Both the position numbers and the translations under genes were made by a program. The notes beneath the pieces are model-generated. The model saw nothing but the letters and a program-made list of their open reading frames with translations. It did no database searches and had not been told where the DNA came from. Source: an uncultured Selenomonadaceae bacterium (lineage in GTDB: Bacteria > Bacillota > Negativicutes > Selenomonadales > Selenomonadaceae). Taken from it: a stretch of 64,000 nt of DNA. The DNA is taken from NCBI GenBank assembly GCA_905234705.1, contig CAJOIB010000010.1:6616-70615 (forward strand). Direction: 5' to 3'. This document shows positions 49,364-58,828 of the stretch, piece after piece (the first letter of the stretch is position 1; each line of letters begins with the position of its first letter).

Positions 49364-50662
49364 TTGGAAAAGGCGAAAAAATTATTGGCGAAAGGCGAGC
49401 CGCTAGAGGCGCTTGACAGATTGAAAAAATTGCTGAAAACTGTTGACAAAGATAAAATTTGGCGCGTGCACGAATTGATTGGTGCGGCGTTCCACGATTT
49501 GGCGGACGCTGAAGGTGCGGCTCAAGCTTATTACAACGCGGCGAAGGCTGATACGATTTTGAGAAATCAGCGGACGCATTGGTCGAATTATTTATTTGCT
49601 CTACATTATTTGCCGCTGGCTAACGCGGAAATTTTGTATGACGCTGCGAAAGTTTATAATTCGCTGTACCGCGACGTTGAGCGGCTGAAATTGAATCCGC
49701 GTACTTCTAAAAAAATTCACGTGGCTTATATTGCGCCGCATTTTTTAGATTCGTCGAGCGCGCGCTTTTACGAAAGTCTGTTGACTGATTATAACCGCAA
49801 GAAATTTTTTGTAACTGCGTGGAGTTTGGACAATCGCGCAGATGATTTCACTGAAAAAATTAAGCAGAGCGTTGACGGATATTTTGACATTTCGGAAACC
49901 AGTTTTGAAGAGGCGGCTGAACAAATTCGGGACGCGGGCGCGGATATTCTGTTTGATTTGGGCGGGCATACTGAAGGCGGCGTTACGTTGCAGGTGGCGG
50001 CTTATAAACCTGCGCGAGTTCAAATTTCCGGCATTGGCTATTTCGACACCACGGGGCTTGACGCTATGGATTATTTTTTGACTGATAAATTTCTCGCTAA
50101 ATCGCAAACCAAATTCACCGAGAAACTTTTGATAATCGACAGCGCCTTTGCTCTTACGCCGAATCAGAAAATGATTGACGCCAAAAATAATCTTGATCGC
50201 AAACCGCACATGACTTTTAATTACGGTTGTCTTGGCAATTTTATGAAAATCGACGACACGTATATTCAAGTTATGCAGATGTTTTTGGAAGAAGACCCTG
50301 GAAACAGATTTATTTTACGCGATACGACGCCGCTTGAGAGCCGCCGCCAAAATTTAATTAAGAGAATGAAATTGGCGAAAGTACCGATGTCTCAAGTTGA
50401 AGTTCGGGTTGGCGCGGATGATTTTTTCAGCGATTACGCCGAACTTGATATTATTTTGGACACGCAGCCCTACGCCGGCGGTTTTATGAATGCGCTGGCG
50501 TTGTATATGGGCGTCAATGTTTCCACTTTGGCGGAAGATTTATATCACAGTCGGCTTGGCGCGGATATTCTGACGCAGTCTGAAAAGGGCAAACTTCTTG
50601 ATACGAAAAATTTTGTGCGGCGCGTTTATCGGAAATTCGCTGAGGTTATGGAAAATGTTTGA
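49364..50662 (+). CDS. TPR-containing SPINDLY/OGT-like glycosyltransferase (GT41-like)
   Basis: N-terminal TPR-like helices, then HVAYIAPHFLDSSSARFYESLL...DILFDLGGHTEGG...ISGIGYFDTTGLDAMDYFLTD, as in bacterial SPY-type predicted O-GlcNAc transferases. The assignment is from memory. TTG start after GGAGG. Confidence 0.6.
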   Translation: MEKAKKLLAKGEPLEALDRLKKLLKTVDKDKIWRVHELIGAAFHDLADAEGAAQAYYNAAKADTILRNQRTHWSNYLFALHYLPLANAEILYDAAKVYNSLYRDVERLKLNPRTSKKIHVAYIAPHFLDSSSARFYESLLTDYNRKKFFVTAWSLDNRADDFTEKIKQSVDGYFDISETSFEEAAEQIRDAGADILFDLGGHTEGGVTLQVAAYKPARVQISGIGYFDTTGLDAMDYFLTDKFLAKSQTKFTEKLLIIDSAFALTPNQKMIDAKNNLDRKPHMTFNYGCLGNFMKIDDTYIQVMQMFLEEDPGNRFILRDTTPLESRRQNLIKRMKLAKVPMSQVEVRVGADDFFSDYAELDIILDTQPYAGGFMNALALYMGVNVSTLAEDLYHSRLGADILTQSEKGKLLDTKNFVRRVYRKFAEVMENV

Positions 50663-51455
50663 GCTGTTAAAATTAGTGCCGCCGAATTATTCAAGCGACG
50701 TGGCGGTATTAATTTTTGATTCGACTAAATTTTTACCGTCACTGCGCGAATTAATGCCAAATGCGCGAATAGCCTTGCTGACTTCGGAGCAAACGCCAAA
50801 ACTTTTATCAGTGTGCAAAAAATTCCGCGCCGATATATTCACCAGTTTGCCGACCGAGCCAAAAATTTTCGACGTGATAATCGCCGAGGAAGTTTTAACC
50901 TTCGCGCAGGATTTTTATCGAACGTTACTTGAAATAAATCACCTGCTTAAAGATTCGGGCTTTTTGTTGACGCAATTTTTAAACGTGCGATTTGTGGGCG
51001 TATTGGAAAATTTGAGGCGCGGCGAATTTTCCACTCACGAAAAAAGATTCTGGGCGAAATGGGATGTTGTTAAAATTTTGAACGATGCCACGTACAAGGA
51101 AATTAGATTTTTACCAGGCGAGCGCGCGGAAATTTCGGCGACGGATTGGGAAAATTTTGGTTTCGACAATTTCAGCGACGATTTGACTACAAAAATTTGG
51201 TTGGTAAAAGCGTGCAAATGTACCGCGGAAGTTGCGGCGCTCAAAGATTTATACACGCCAGAAATTCGCGCAGAATTGGCGCGGCTATTGCACAGAATTG
51301 AATATGACATTGACGCGGAAAAAAATTTGCAGGCGCTGATTGAATTGGTGCAGCGCGAAAATATTTTTGCCGATTATTTAACAGACTTCACCGAACAAAC
51401 GGTAATTCACCCATTAAAACAAAAATTTATACTGCAGGCAGTCATTGACAAATAG
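50655..51455 (+). CDS. Hypothetical protein, possibly class I methyltransferase-like
   Basis: FDVIIAEEVLTFAQDFYRTLLEINHLLKDSGFLL resembles MTase motifs post-I to III. No clear GxGxG. Overlaps the upstream stop by 8 nt. Confidence 0.45.
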   Translation: MFELLKLVPPNYSSDVAVLIFDSTKFLPSLRELMPNARIALLTSEQTPKLLSVCKKFRADIFTSLPTEPKIFDVIIAEEVLTFAQDFYRTLLEINHLLKDSGFLLTQFLNVRFVGVLENLRRGEFSTHEKRFWAKWDVVKILNDATYKEIRFLPGERAEISATDWENFGFDNFSDDLTTKIWLVKACKCTAEVAALKDLYTPEIRAELARLLHRIEYDIDAEKNLQALIELVQRENIFADYLTDFTEQTVIHPLKQKFILQAVIDK

Positions 51456-51509
51456 GTTTCATTTGCGATAGAGTTAATAAAAATTTCCGCTGTTAAGGAG
51501 TGGGTGTAA

Positions 51510-53246
51510 ATGAGTGGATTATCCCTGACCAAAAAATTAATCGCATCTTTCGGAACGGTTTTCCTGTTAGTATCCTGTTTTGGTTTATTTATACTTTACT
51601 CGTTTAATAGCTTGAGCGGCGAACGCTCCAACGTGCGTGATTGGCTTGATTCTAACGTCACCGTCAATACGCTAACCAAAGATATTTCCAAGGCTCAGAG
51701 AATGGTTTATTTCACAATCGCCACAATTGGCACGCCTAATCAATCCAGATGGACTACTGAACGCGACCAAATTATTAGCAGTGTTGATTCCGGTTTTACG
51801 AAATACCAGAAAATTTTAGACGATAGCGTTTACGACGACGAGGCGGAAAAGCAACACGATCAATCCGTTCTTGATAATGAAGTAAATCTTTGGCGCAATT
51901 ATAAGGAAAAACTTAATAACCTTAATCAAATAATCGCAACCGGCGACCGCGCGGCAAGTTTCGCGTACATGGATAACGAAGTTGATTCGGCGTACGATGG
52001 AATTACTGACGCTATCGAAGCTGATTTTATTGAATGTGCGAAGGGCTTGGAAAATGCGGTTGATGTTTCTGAAAAAACTTTTGAGGATTTTGAAACGCTC
52101 GTTCATATTATGGGGCTGATAGTTGCGGCAATTTTGGTAATGGTCATTGTGATTTTATACTTTTTGGTTAGGGACATTCGGCATTCGGTTGAGCAAATTG
52201 TCACGGTTACTGAAAAGGCGTCGCAGGGCGATTTTTCGCACGATATTAAAACCGACGCCACCGACGAATTTGGAACTATCGCCGCGCAATTTAATTCGGT
52301 TATTCACAATATGCGCGAAATTATCGGCGATGTGCAAAACGCGGCTACACAAGTTGCTGAGAGCTCTGAAAAAATGCAGGAGAATGTTAATAAAACCGGC
52401 GATTTGATTCAAGGCGTTGCAATGTCAGTAACAGCGGCGACCGATAACGCTTCCGCTCAAAAAGAATCTCTTGCTGAAACTGAAACCCGTATTAAAAATA
52501 TGGAGCAAAACATTGAAAAATCTATTTCGGCAATGTCAATCGGTTTGGACAGCGTTAAGAAAACTTTGGAACACGCGGCGCTTGGTAACGATATGGCGAA
52601 TGCGACGGTTAAGCAAATGCACGAAATAGCGGCGTCCGTCGAAAATTCTGCTAAGATTGTGCAGGAACTCGGTGAAAATTCCAAAGAAATTGGCTCGATT
52701 GTCGAAGTTATTTCCGGCATCGCTGACCAGACAAATTTGCTTGCGTTAAATGCGGCGATTGAAGCGGCTCGCGCAGGTGAACACGGACGCGGCTTTGCTG
52801 TCGTTGCTGAAGAAGTTAGGAAATTGGCGGAAGGCTCTCAGCAATCGGTTCAGCGCATTGGGAATATTATCAGCACCATTCAAGAAACCACTGAAAAAGC
52901 CGTTGTGACAATGCAAACCGGTCACAAACAGGTTGTTGAAGGGCGCGAAAATGTTGAGGCTACGGGCAATTCTTTTAACGAGATTTTGAATATGATTAAG
53001 CAGGCGGAAGAAAATTCGCAACAGGTTATGACAATTATTAGCAGTTTTCGCGAGCCGATTGCCGATATTGTTAGCCGCGCCGAGAAAATTTCAAATATGT
53101 CCATCGAAATTGAGCAGAAAATGGAAAATATTTCGATGTCAACCGCGGAGCAAGCGTCGAGCATTATGGAAATTTCACAAAACAGCAACAGTCTAACTGA
53201 TTTGTCGAAGAAGATGAAACATTCCGCGCACGAATTTAAAATTTAA
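51510..53246 (+). CDS. Methyl-accepting chemotaxis protein
   Basis: Two TM helices, a HAMP domain and the highly conserved signalling hairpin [38 protein letters not shown]. Confidence 0.9.
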   Translation: MSGLSLTKKLIASFGTVFLLVSCFGLFILYSFNSLSGERSNVRDWLDSNVTVNTLTKDISKAQRMVYFTIATIGTPNQSRWTTERDQIISSVDSGFTKYQKILDDSVYDDEAEKQHDQSVLDNEVNLWRNYKEKLNNLNQIIATGDRAASFAYMDNEVDSAYDGITDAIEADFIECAKGLENAVDVSEKTFEDFETLVHIMGLIVAAILVMVIVILYFLVRDIRHSVEQIVTVTEKASQGDFSHDIKTDATDEFGTIAAQFNSVIHNMREIIGDVQNAATQVAESSEKMQENVNKTGDLIQGVAMSVTAATDNASAQKESLAETETRIKNMEQNIEKSISAMSIGLDSVKKTLEHAALGNDMANATVKQMHEIAASVENSAKIVQELGENSKEIGSIVEVISGIADQTNLLALNAAIEAARAGEHGRGFAVVAEEVRKLAEGSQQSVQRIGNIISTIQETTEKAVVTMQTGHKQVVEGRENVEATGNSFNEILNMIKQAEENSQQVMTIISSFREPIADIVSRAEKISNMSIEIEQKMENISMSTAEQASSIMEISQNSNSLTDLSKKMKHSAHEFKI

Positions 53247-53247
53247 T

Positions 53248-53276
53248 TTGACAAAATAAGCGGCGGCGGCTATAAT
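53248..53276 (+). promoter_or_regulatory. Consensus sigma-A promoter for tRNA-Arg
   Basis: TTGACA (53248-53253), a 17-nt spacer, then TATAAT (53271-53276), 11 nt upstream of the tRNA 5' end. Confidence 0.6.
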
Positions 53277-53287
53277 TCATTTGTTAA

Positions 53288-53361
<74 letters not shown>

Positions 53362-53454
53362 TAAATTTTCAGCTCCGAGAAATCGGGGCTTTTTTCGTGA
53401 AATTGTCCTGCCGTATCAACACAAATCAGATTTTTTATCGTACGATTAGCCAGG

Positions 53455-53790
53455 GTGATTTTTATGAATTTCGTTAGATTCTTGATAGAATTTCTGTTGA
53501 TACGAACCTTGAAGAGAATCTTGAAAATTTTGCTGATAATAATTTTCGTCTTGATACAGCTGAAAACGTCCGAGCCGAATCCGAAATTGCAACCGTTGCC
53601 GTCTGAACCGCAACCCTTGCCGCCCAAACCAAAACACGAAACGCCCTGGCTGTCAATCGGCGCGGCGTTTTTTATCTGGTTGCTGTTGGCGTTCCTCGGA
53701 ATGCCCTTGCTGTTGTCCTTGCTGTTAATAATCGGCGCGACGTTTTTTATCTGGTTGCTGGGGTTGCTGGCGGCGTTCTTCGATTCATAA
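53455..53790 (+). CDS. Questionable ORF: hydrophobic/Pro-rich small protein
   Basis: 111-aa ORF with a Pro-rich centre (EPNPKLQPLPSEPQPLPPKPK) and a duplicated FFIWLL hydrophobic segment. Weak RBS and no homology recognised. It may be non-coding. Confidence 0.3.
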   Translation: MIFMNFVRFLIEFLLIRTLKRILKILLIIIFVLIQLKTSEPNPKLQPLPSEPQPLPPKPKHETPWLSIGAAFFIWLLLAFLGMPLLLSLLLIIGATFFIWLLGLLAAFFDS

Positions 53791-53796
53791 TGAAAA

Positions 53797-53945
53797 GCGG
53801 CAAGTTTTTTAGCCCTGCCGTTTTTTAATTGTTAAGCGCCAATCGCAGCCGGAAAAAATAAGATTCAGCCATCAATCGCAAATTCGCATTGGATTTTAAG
53901 CGCCGCTGAATTTTCGTGCCTTCGTCGAACATCGCCAATAAATTT
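53797..53945 (-). repeat. Duplicated copy of the holB 3' end plus its terminator
   Basis: 149 nt at 53797-53945 match 53983-54131 with about 4 mismatches. That covers the holB terminator hairpin plus the last ~40 codons of holB. The copies are 186 nt apart in direct orientation. Confidence 0.75.
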
Positions 53946-54010
53946 TTTCACGTCGAAATTATATTTTGGGAAAATAAAAAGTGCGGCAAGGTTTTTATCC
54001 CTGCCGTTTT

Positions 54011-55000
54011 TTAATTGTTAAGCGCCAATCGCAGCCGGAAAAAATAAGATTCAGCCATCAATCGCAAATTCGCATTGGATTTTAAACGCCGCTGAATTTT
54101 CGTGCCTTCGTCGAACATCGCCAATAAATTTGTTTCTGGAATTTTAATTTTATTGAGCCGCGATTTTAAATCGGGATTGTAAAGTTTTTCCGCGTCGAGC
54201 AAATAAATATCGCGCAGGATTTTTTGAATGTAAGTCACGAAATCGCCAAAACTTTCGCGCGAGCCGTCGGAATATTGCGCGCCCTGCTGAAAAATTTCTT
54301 CCGTGTCAATTTTATTCGTGCAAAGCCGCTCCAAAAAATTCAAAGCCGATTCGCGAATTTCATAACCGCCGGAACTTTCAAGTTGCAACGCGCGCCCAAA
54401 ACTGCCGTCAGCTATCAGCGAAATGGTTTCAGCCCTGCCGCTGCCGACTCCGCGATTTTCCAGTGCATTTTTAATCTGCTCGGCGGAAAGTTTATCGAAA
54501 TTCACCGTGATACAACGCGACCGCACCGTCATTAAAAGCCCTGCGCGATTCGCCGTAACTAAAATGAAAGTCGTTTGACCGGTCGGCTCTTCCAAAGTTT
54601 TCAGCAAACAATTAGCCGCCGGAGTGTTCATGAGTTCAGCGCCGTCAATAATCACCACGCGGCGATTTGACAGATTCGGTTGCAAAGCCGTTTCAGCCTG
54701 CATTTCGCGAATTTGCCCAATTTTAATATTCGGCGCAGATTTAGTTTCTTCCGGCTCGACGATTTTAAAATCCGGATGACTGCCCGCCCTAATCAATTTG
54801 CAACTTTCGCAGACTCCGCAAGCCTCGCCGCCGCTCGGATTTTCGCACAATAAAACTTTCGCGCAGGTTTCAGCGATTTTGCGTTTGCCAATACCAGCCG
54901 CGCCAGAAAATATCACGGCGTGCGGAAATTTGCCCTCAGCCAAAATTTTTTTTAAATGCTCAAGCCGCGCCGCGTTGCCGAAAATTTCTTGCCAGCTCAT
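54011..55000 (-). CDS. holB: DNA polymerase III delta' subunit
   Basis: HAVIFSGAAGIGKRKIA..., the Zn module CENPSGGEACGVCESC, the VVIIDGAELMN Walker B-like segment, and SRC (RSRCI). Confidence 0.85.
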   Translation of the reverse strand: MSWQEIFGNAARLEHLKKILAEGKFPHAVIFSGAAGIGKRKIAETCAKVLLCENPSGGEACGVCESCKLIRAGSHPDFKIVEPEETKSAPNIKIGQIREMQAETALQPNLSNRRVVIIDGAELMNTPAANCLLKTLEEPTGQTTFILVTANRAGLLMTVRSRCITVNFDKLSAEQIKNALENRGVGSGRAETISLIADGSFGRALQLESSGGYEIRESALNFLERLCTNKIDTEEIFQQGAQYSDGSRESFGDFVTYIQKILRDIYLLDAEKLYNPDLKSRLNKIKIPETNLLAMFDEGTKIQRRLKSNANLRLMAESYFFRLRLALNN

Positions 55001-55456
55001 TTACATATACAAATCAACCAGCATACCGCGAATAGCGTCGTGGCTGGCGATAACGTCAAGTTTATCAGATTGCCCAAGGCGAATTTTTTCAGCCATCTCC
55101 TCAAGCTTGCGGTCGATTTTGCGAACGGTTGTATAAACGCGCTGCCTGCCCATTCTGTCCCAACCGGCGGACGTGCTGAGCTCGTACATATTGCTAACCG
55201 CCGCGCCTATAAAATTTTTAATCATAGTTCGATATTCGCGCAGTTCGTCATAGGTCGGCGTCTTGCTGAGGCGTCCGGCTTGCTCGTCAATTTTTTTGAG
55301 CATGGCTTCCATTTCTTCGTGCGATACGCCTTCGTTTTGTTGGTCAAAAAGTTCTTCCGCAAAATTAGTGTCTTTTTCCTGGACGCGCGCGCCGCCTTCG
55401 TGAATAACTTCAAACGGCGAATTTGGCGTCGGCATCGTCCCAATTTTAACTGCCAT
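55001..55456 (-). CDS. yaaR: YaaR/DUF327 family protein
   Basis: 151 aa: ...LKKIDEQAGRLSKTPTYDELREYRTMIKNFI...YTTVRKIDRKLEEM.... It lies immediately upstream of holB, as in Bacillus. Confidence 0.75.
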   Translation of the reverse strand: MAVKIGTMPTPNSPFEVIHEGGARVQEKDTNFAEELFDQQNEGVSHEEMEAMLKKIDEQAGRLSKTPTYDELREYRTMIKNFIGAAVSNMYELSTSAGWDRMGRQRVYTTVRKIDRKLEEMAEKIRLGQSDKLDVIASHDAIRGMLVDLYM

Positions 55457-55540
55457 AAAACATCACTCACTTTCGCTACCGAAATTATAAAGCGCAATAA
55501 AAAAATCGGCAAGGAAAATATTTGAGCTCGCCCAATTTCT

Positions 55541-56927
55541 GTGCTATCATTTTCAAAAATTCAAGGAGGTATGAATTTGCCCACGTTTAATTTTCTCGGC
55601 AAAGACAAAGTTATCCAACATAAGCCGCCCTTTCTCCTAAAATTTGAAGGCAGAATCAAATGCATTTATATCGACCCGCCGTATAATACCGGCAATGAAA
55701 ATTGGATTTACAACGATAACGTCAACGACCTGAGCCTTCAGAAATGGATTGGTGAAGTGGTTGAGCGCGAAGGCGAAGATTTAACGCGACACGATAAATG
55801 GCTGTGTATGATGTACCCGCGGCTTAGGCTGTTGCAAAGATTATTAGCGAACGACGGCGCAATTTTTATCAGCATTGACGATAACGAACAGGCGAATCTT
55901 AGGCTAATTTGCAATGAAATTTTTGGTGAAAATAATTTTGTCAGTCAGATTACATTGGTGGCGAATTTGAGCGGGCGCGATTATGGCGGAATTGCCAGAA
56001 TGCACGAATATATTTTAGTTTACAGAAAATCGGCGGCTTTGAAATTGAAGCTGATTAACGACGCGGAAGGCAAATTTAAAATATTCGACGATTTAGGCGG
56101 CTTTGAACTGCGTGAGCTCCGAAATAGAAATGTGCGTTTCAATGACGGCAACCGCCCGAATTTGTATTATCCGTTTTATGTTGATACTGAAAATGCTGAT
56201 GAAAATGGTCTGCATAAAATTTCGCTAGAGCCGCGGGCAAATTGGTTTGAATTGTATCCGCTGGAGTCGCAAGGAGTAAAAACTGTTTGGCGTTGGGGCA
56301 AAGAAAAATCCGCCGCGAATTTGAATGTAAACATAATGGCTAAGCCGATGAAAAACGGCAGATTTATGATTGTCGAGAAATATCGTGAGGAGCGGAAAAT
56401 GGCGCGGTCGGTTTGGTTGGAAAAGGAATTTCGCAATGAAGCCGGTACTTTACTTTTGAAGGAAATTTTTGGCGAAAAAGTTTTTGATTATCCCAAATCG
56501 CTTGACACTTTGCTTAGAATTTTGGAAATGGCGACGGACAAAGATTCGATAGTGCTGGATAGTTTTGCAGGGAGCGGGACGACTGCGCACGCTGTTATCA
56601 ATCTCAACAAAGCTGATGGCGGCTCGCGCAGATTTATTTTGATTGAGCTGAATGACTACGCGGAGACAATCACAGCTGAAAGAGTGCGGCGCATTGGTGG
56701 CGAATTTAATTTTTATGAGTTGGGCGAAAATTTATTTGAGGGCGATTTTATCAATCCGAAAATTTTTATTGGGCGTCGACAATGGAATCGCCTATTATTA
56801 TTGCCATGAACCGACAATGTTAAATTTTGAATTTCTGTCAACAATGAAGACTCGCGCAGATTATTATGTGATTTATGCGGACGCCTGCAATTTGAGTGAC
56901 GAACAGCTTGCCACGCGCAATCTATGA
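55541..56927 (+). pseudogene. Degenerate orphan beta-class (type III Mod-like) N6-adenine DNA methyltransferase
   Basis: Motif IV is IYIDPPYNTGNENWIYNDN and motif I is DSFAGSGTTAHAV. The segment normally between the N-terminal 'GK' box and DPPY is missing. There is a frameshift near 56765-56775 (...INPKIF / IGVDNGIAYYY...YYVIYADACNLSDEQL) and a premature end. No res gene is adjacent. Confidence 0.7.
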
Positions 56928-56950
56928 CGTACCCAAATATTAATATCACG

Positions 56951-57071
56951 AAAAAAGGCGCTCACGGATGAGCGCCCGCCGCGCGCCAGTCACGTGATGT
57001 GACTGTAGCGCGGAATTTTTCTTTCTTTGCTAGGCGTTTCTTGCTTTTTCTCAAAAAGAAAGAAATGCCGT
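56951..57071 (-). repeat. Copy C of the three-hairpin 3'-flank element (3' of the lactate permease gene), ending in an intrinsic terminator
   Basis: Starts 7 nt after the lctP stop, reading on the minus strand. It contains the same AAAGAAAGAAA/TTTCTTTCTTT hairpin and AGTCACGTGATGTGACT core. It ends with GGCGCTCA-loop-TGAGCGCC plus T6 on the minus strand. Confidence 0.7.
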
Positions 57072-57077
57072 TATAAT

Positions 57078-58610
57078 TTATCCAACAATAGCTAATCCGA
57101 AGTAAACGACCGCGCCCATAAATATTACAAACGGAACGTAAACTTTAACCGCAAAAGCCAAAAGCTGAGCGTCCGCGCCCTTTACGCCGATAGCCGCTGA
57201 ACCAATCGCTATCGTGAGCGGTGAAATCATTTTGCCAGCACACGCGCCAGTAGCATTTGCCGCCGCAACCCACGCTTGACCGGTTTCACTTGCTCCAATC
57301 GCTTGACTCGCCATAACCTGTAATTTCCCAAACAAAACACAGCTTGAAGTCGCCGAACCCGTTATGTACGTACCAACTGAGCCTAAAAACGCCGCCATTG
57401 TCGGGTAAAATGTTCCAGTCGCCGCAACCGCCGTATCAGCTATCTCATTCGTCATTCCGCTGTAGCCCATAACTTTCGCCGTCGCTATAACCGCTATTAT
57501 CGTTAACATTGTGAATTTCAAGCCGTTAATCGTGCGTCCCAAAAGTGCAAGCATTTCGCCAAATCCAGCGCCTTGCTTACTGCCCGCTATGAACGCCGCC
57601 AATAAAATTAAAACACCTGGCGTATTCACCCAAACAAATGTGTATGGCGCGCCGCCCTCGCCCGTGTAAATTGGTACTGCTGATTTGAATTGCATTAAAA
57701 ATGAATTTATCGGCGGCACAAGTTTACTCGTGAATAACAAGAATATGAAAATCAGTATGAACGGCAGGCAAGCGTTAATTCCTTTCGCCGTGCTAACCGC
57801 AGTTCCGCCTTGTGAAGGCATCGCAAATTCCGGATCGTCAACCGGAAATTTTTTTGCCAAAAATACAATCGTGCCCATTGTGACGATAGCGCCCGCAACT
57901 ACCGCTAATTCCGGTCCTACGAACATTGACAGCGCAAATTCCGGAAGACAAAATGCTAAGCCCGCGCCTAAGCACATCATCGTCATTCCGCGAAGTCCCT
58001 TCATTCCGCCGCCCGCAGTAATTGTTATCAGCCACGGACAAAGTAAATTTAAAACGCTTAACTGAATGGCAGTGAAAGTTGCCAGCTGAATTGGATCAAA
58101 GCCCGTGACATTCGCCAATGTTACCAGCGGTATTCCGATTGAGCCGTAAGCCGTCGGTACTGAATTTGCGATTAAACAAACTGAAACTGACAAAATCGGA
58201 TTGATACCAATACCCGCTAACATTCCCGCGGGAACTGCAACCGCCGTACCAAATCCAGCCATACCTTCCAAAAATCCGCCGAAGCCCCACGCTATTAACA
58301 AAATCAGCACGCGCTTATCGTGGCTGACGCTCGTTAACATATCTTTAATTGTGTCCATAGCCTTTGTATGGAGCGTTAAATTATAAGTAAAGATTGCTGC
58401 AACGATAACCAGTAAGATTGGCCAGCACGCCAATGCAACGCCTTCTAATACAGCTTCAACCGCATAATTGGCTTGCATTCCCCAAACGCCCATACCAGCC
58501 CCCAGGGAAATTGCCAGCGCGGCTACGCACGCTTTCCACGGCGCCATTTTTATGACGCTCAGCGCGAGCACCAACCATAGAATTGGCGACAACGCAAGTA
58601 AAAAATCCAA
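57078..58610 (-). CDS. lctP: L-lactate permease (LctP family)
   Basis: 510-aa polytopic protein with LctP-like segments (LIAWGFGGFLEGMAGFGTAVAVPAGML; GSATSSCVLFGKLQ). Confidence 0.85.
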   Translation of the reverse strand: MDFLLALSPILWLVLALSVIKMAPWKACVAALAISLGAGMGVWGMQANYAVEAVLEGVALACWPILLVIVAAIFTYNLTLHTKAMDTIKDMLTSVSHDKRVLILLIAWGFGGFLEGMAGFGTAVAVPAGMLAGIGINPILSVSVCLIANSVPTAYGSIGIPLVTLANVTGFDPIQLATFTAIQLSVLNLLCPWLITITAGGGMKGLRGMTMMCLGAGLAFCLPEFALSMFVGPELAVVAGAIVTMGTIVFLAKKFPVDDPEFAMPSQGGTAVSTAKGINACLPFILIFIFLLFTSKLVPPINSFLMQFKSAVPIYTGEGGAPYTFVWVNTPGVLILLAAFIAGSKQGAGFGEMLALLGRTINGLKFTMLTIIAVIATAKVMGYSGMTNEIADTAVAATGTFYPTMAAFLGSVGTYITGSATSSCVLFGKLQVMASQAIGASETGQAWVAAANATGACAGKMISPLTIAIGSAAIGVKGADAQLLAFAVKVYVPFVIFMGAVVYFGLAIVG

Positions 58611-58828
58611 TTCAATCAGCCTCCTTGAAGTTCGACTTCAGCCTTCAGTGCCTTTCGCCGATACAAAAAAATTATTCCAATCATTTGCCGCTAATTTTTT
58701 TCTATGAAACCCGCAAAAATCCTGCCGTTAAAATTTCTCAAACGCCTTTAGTTATTAAAAAAAATATCGACGCGGCTATTGCATTTGTGATAATATATAT
58801 GAGTTTTATTTTTGGAGGTGATTTTTCA

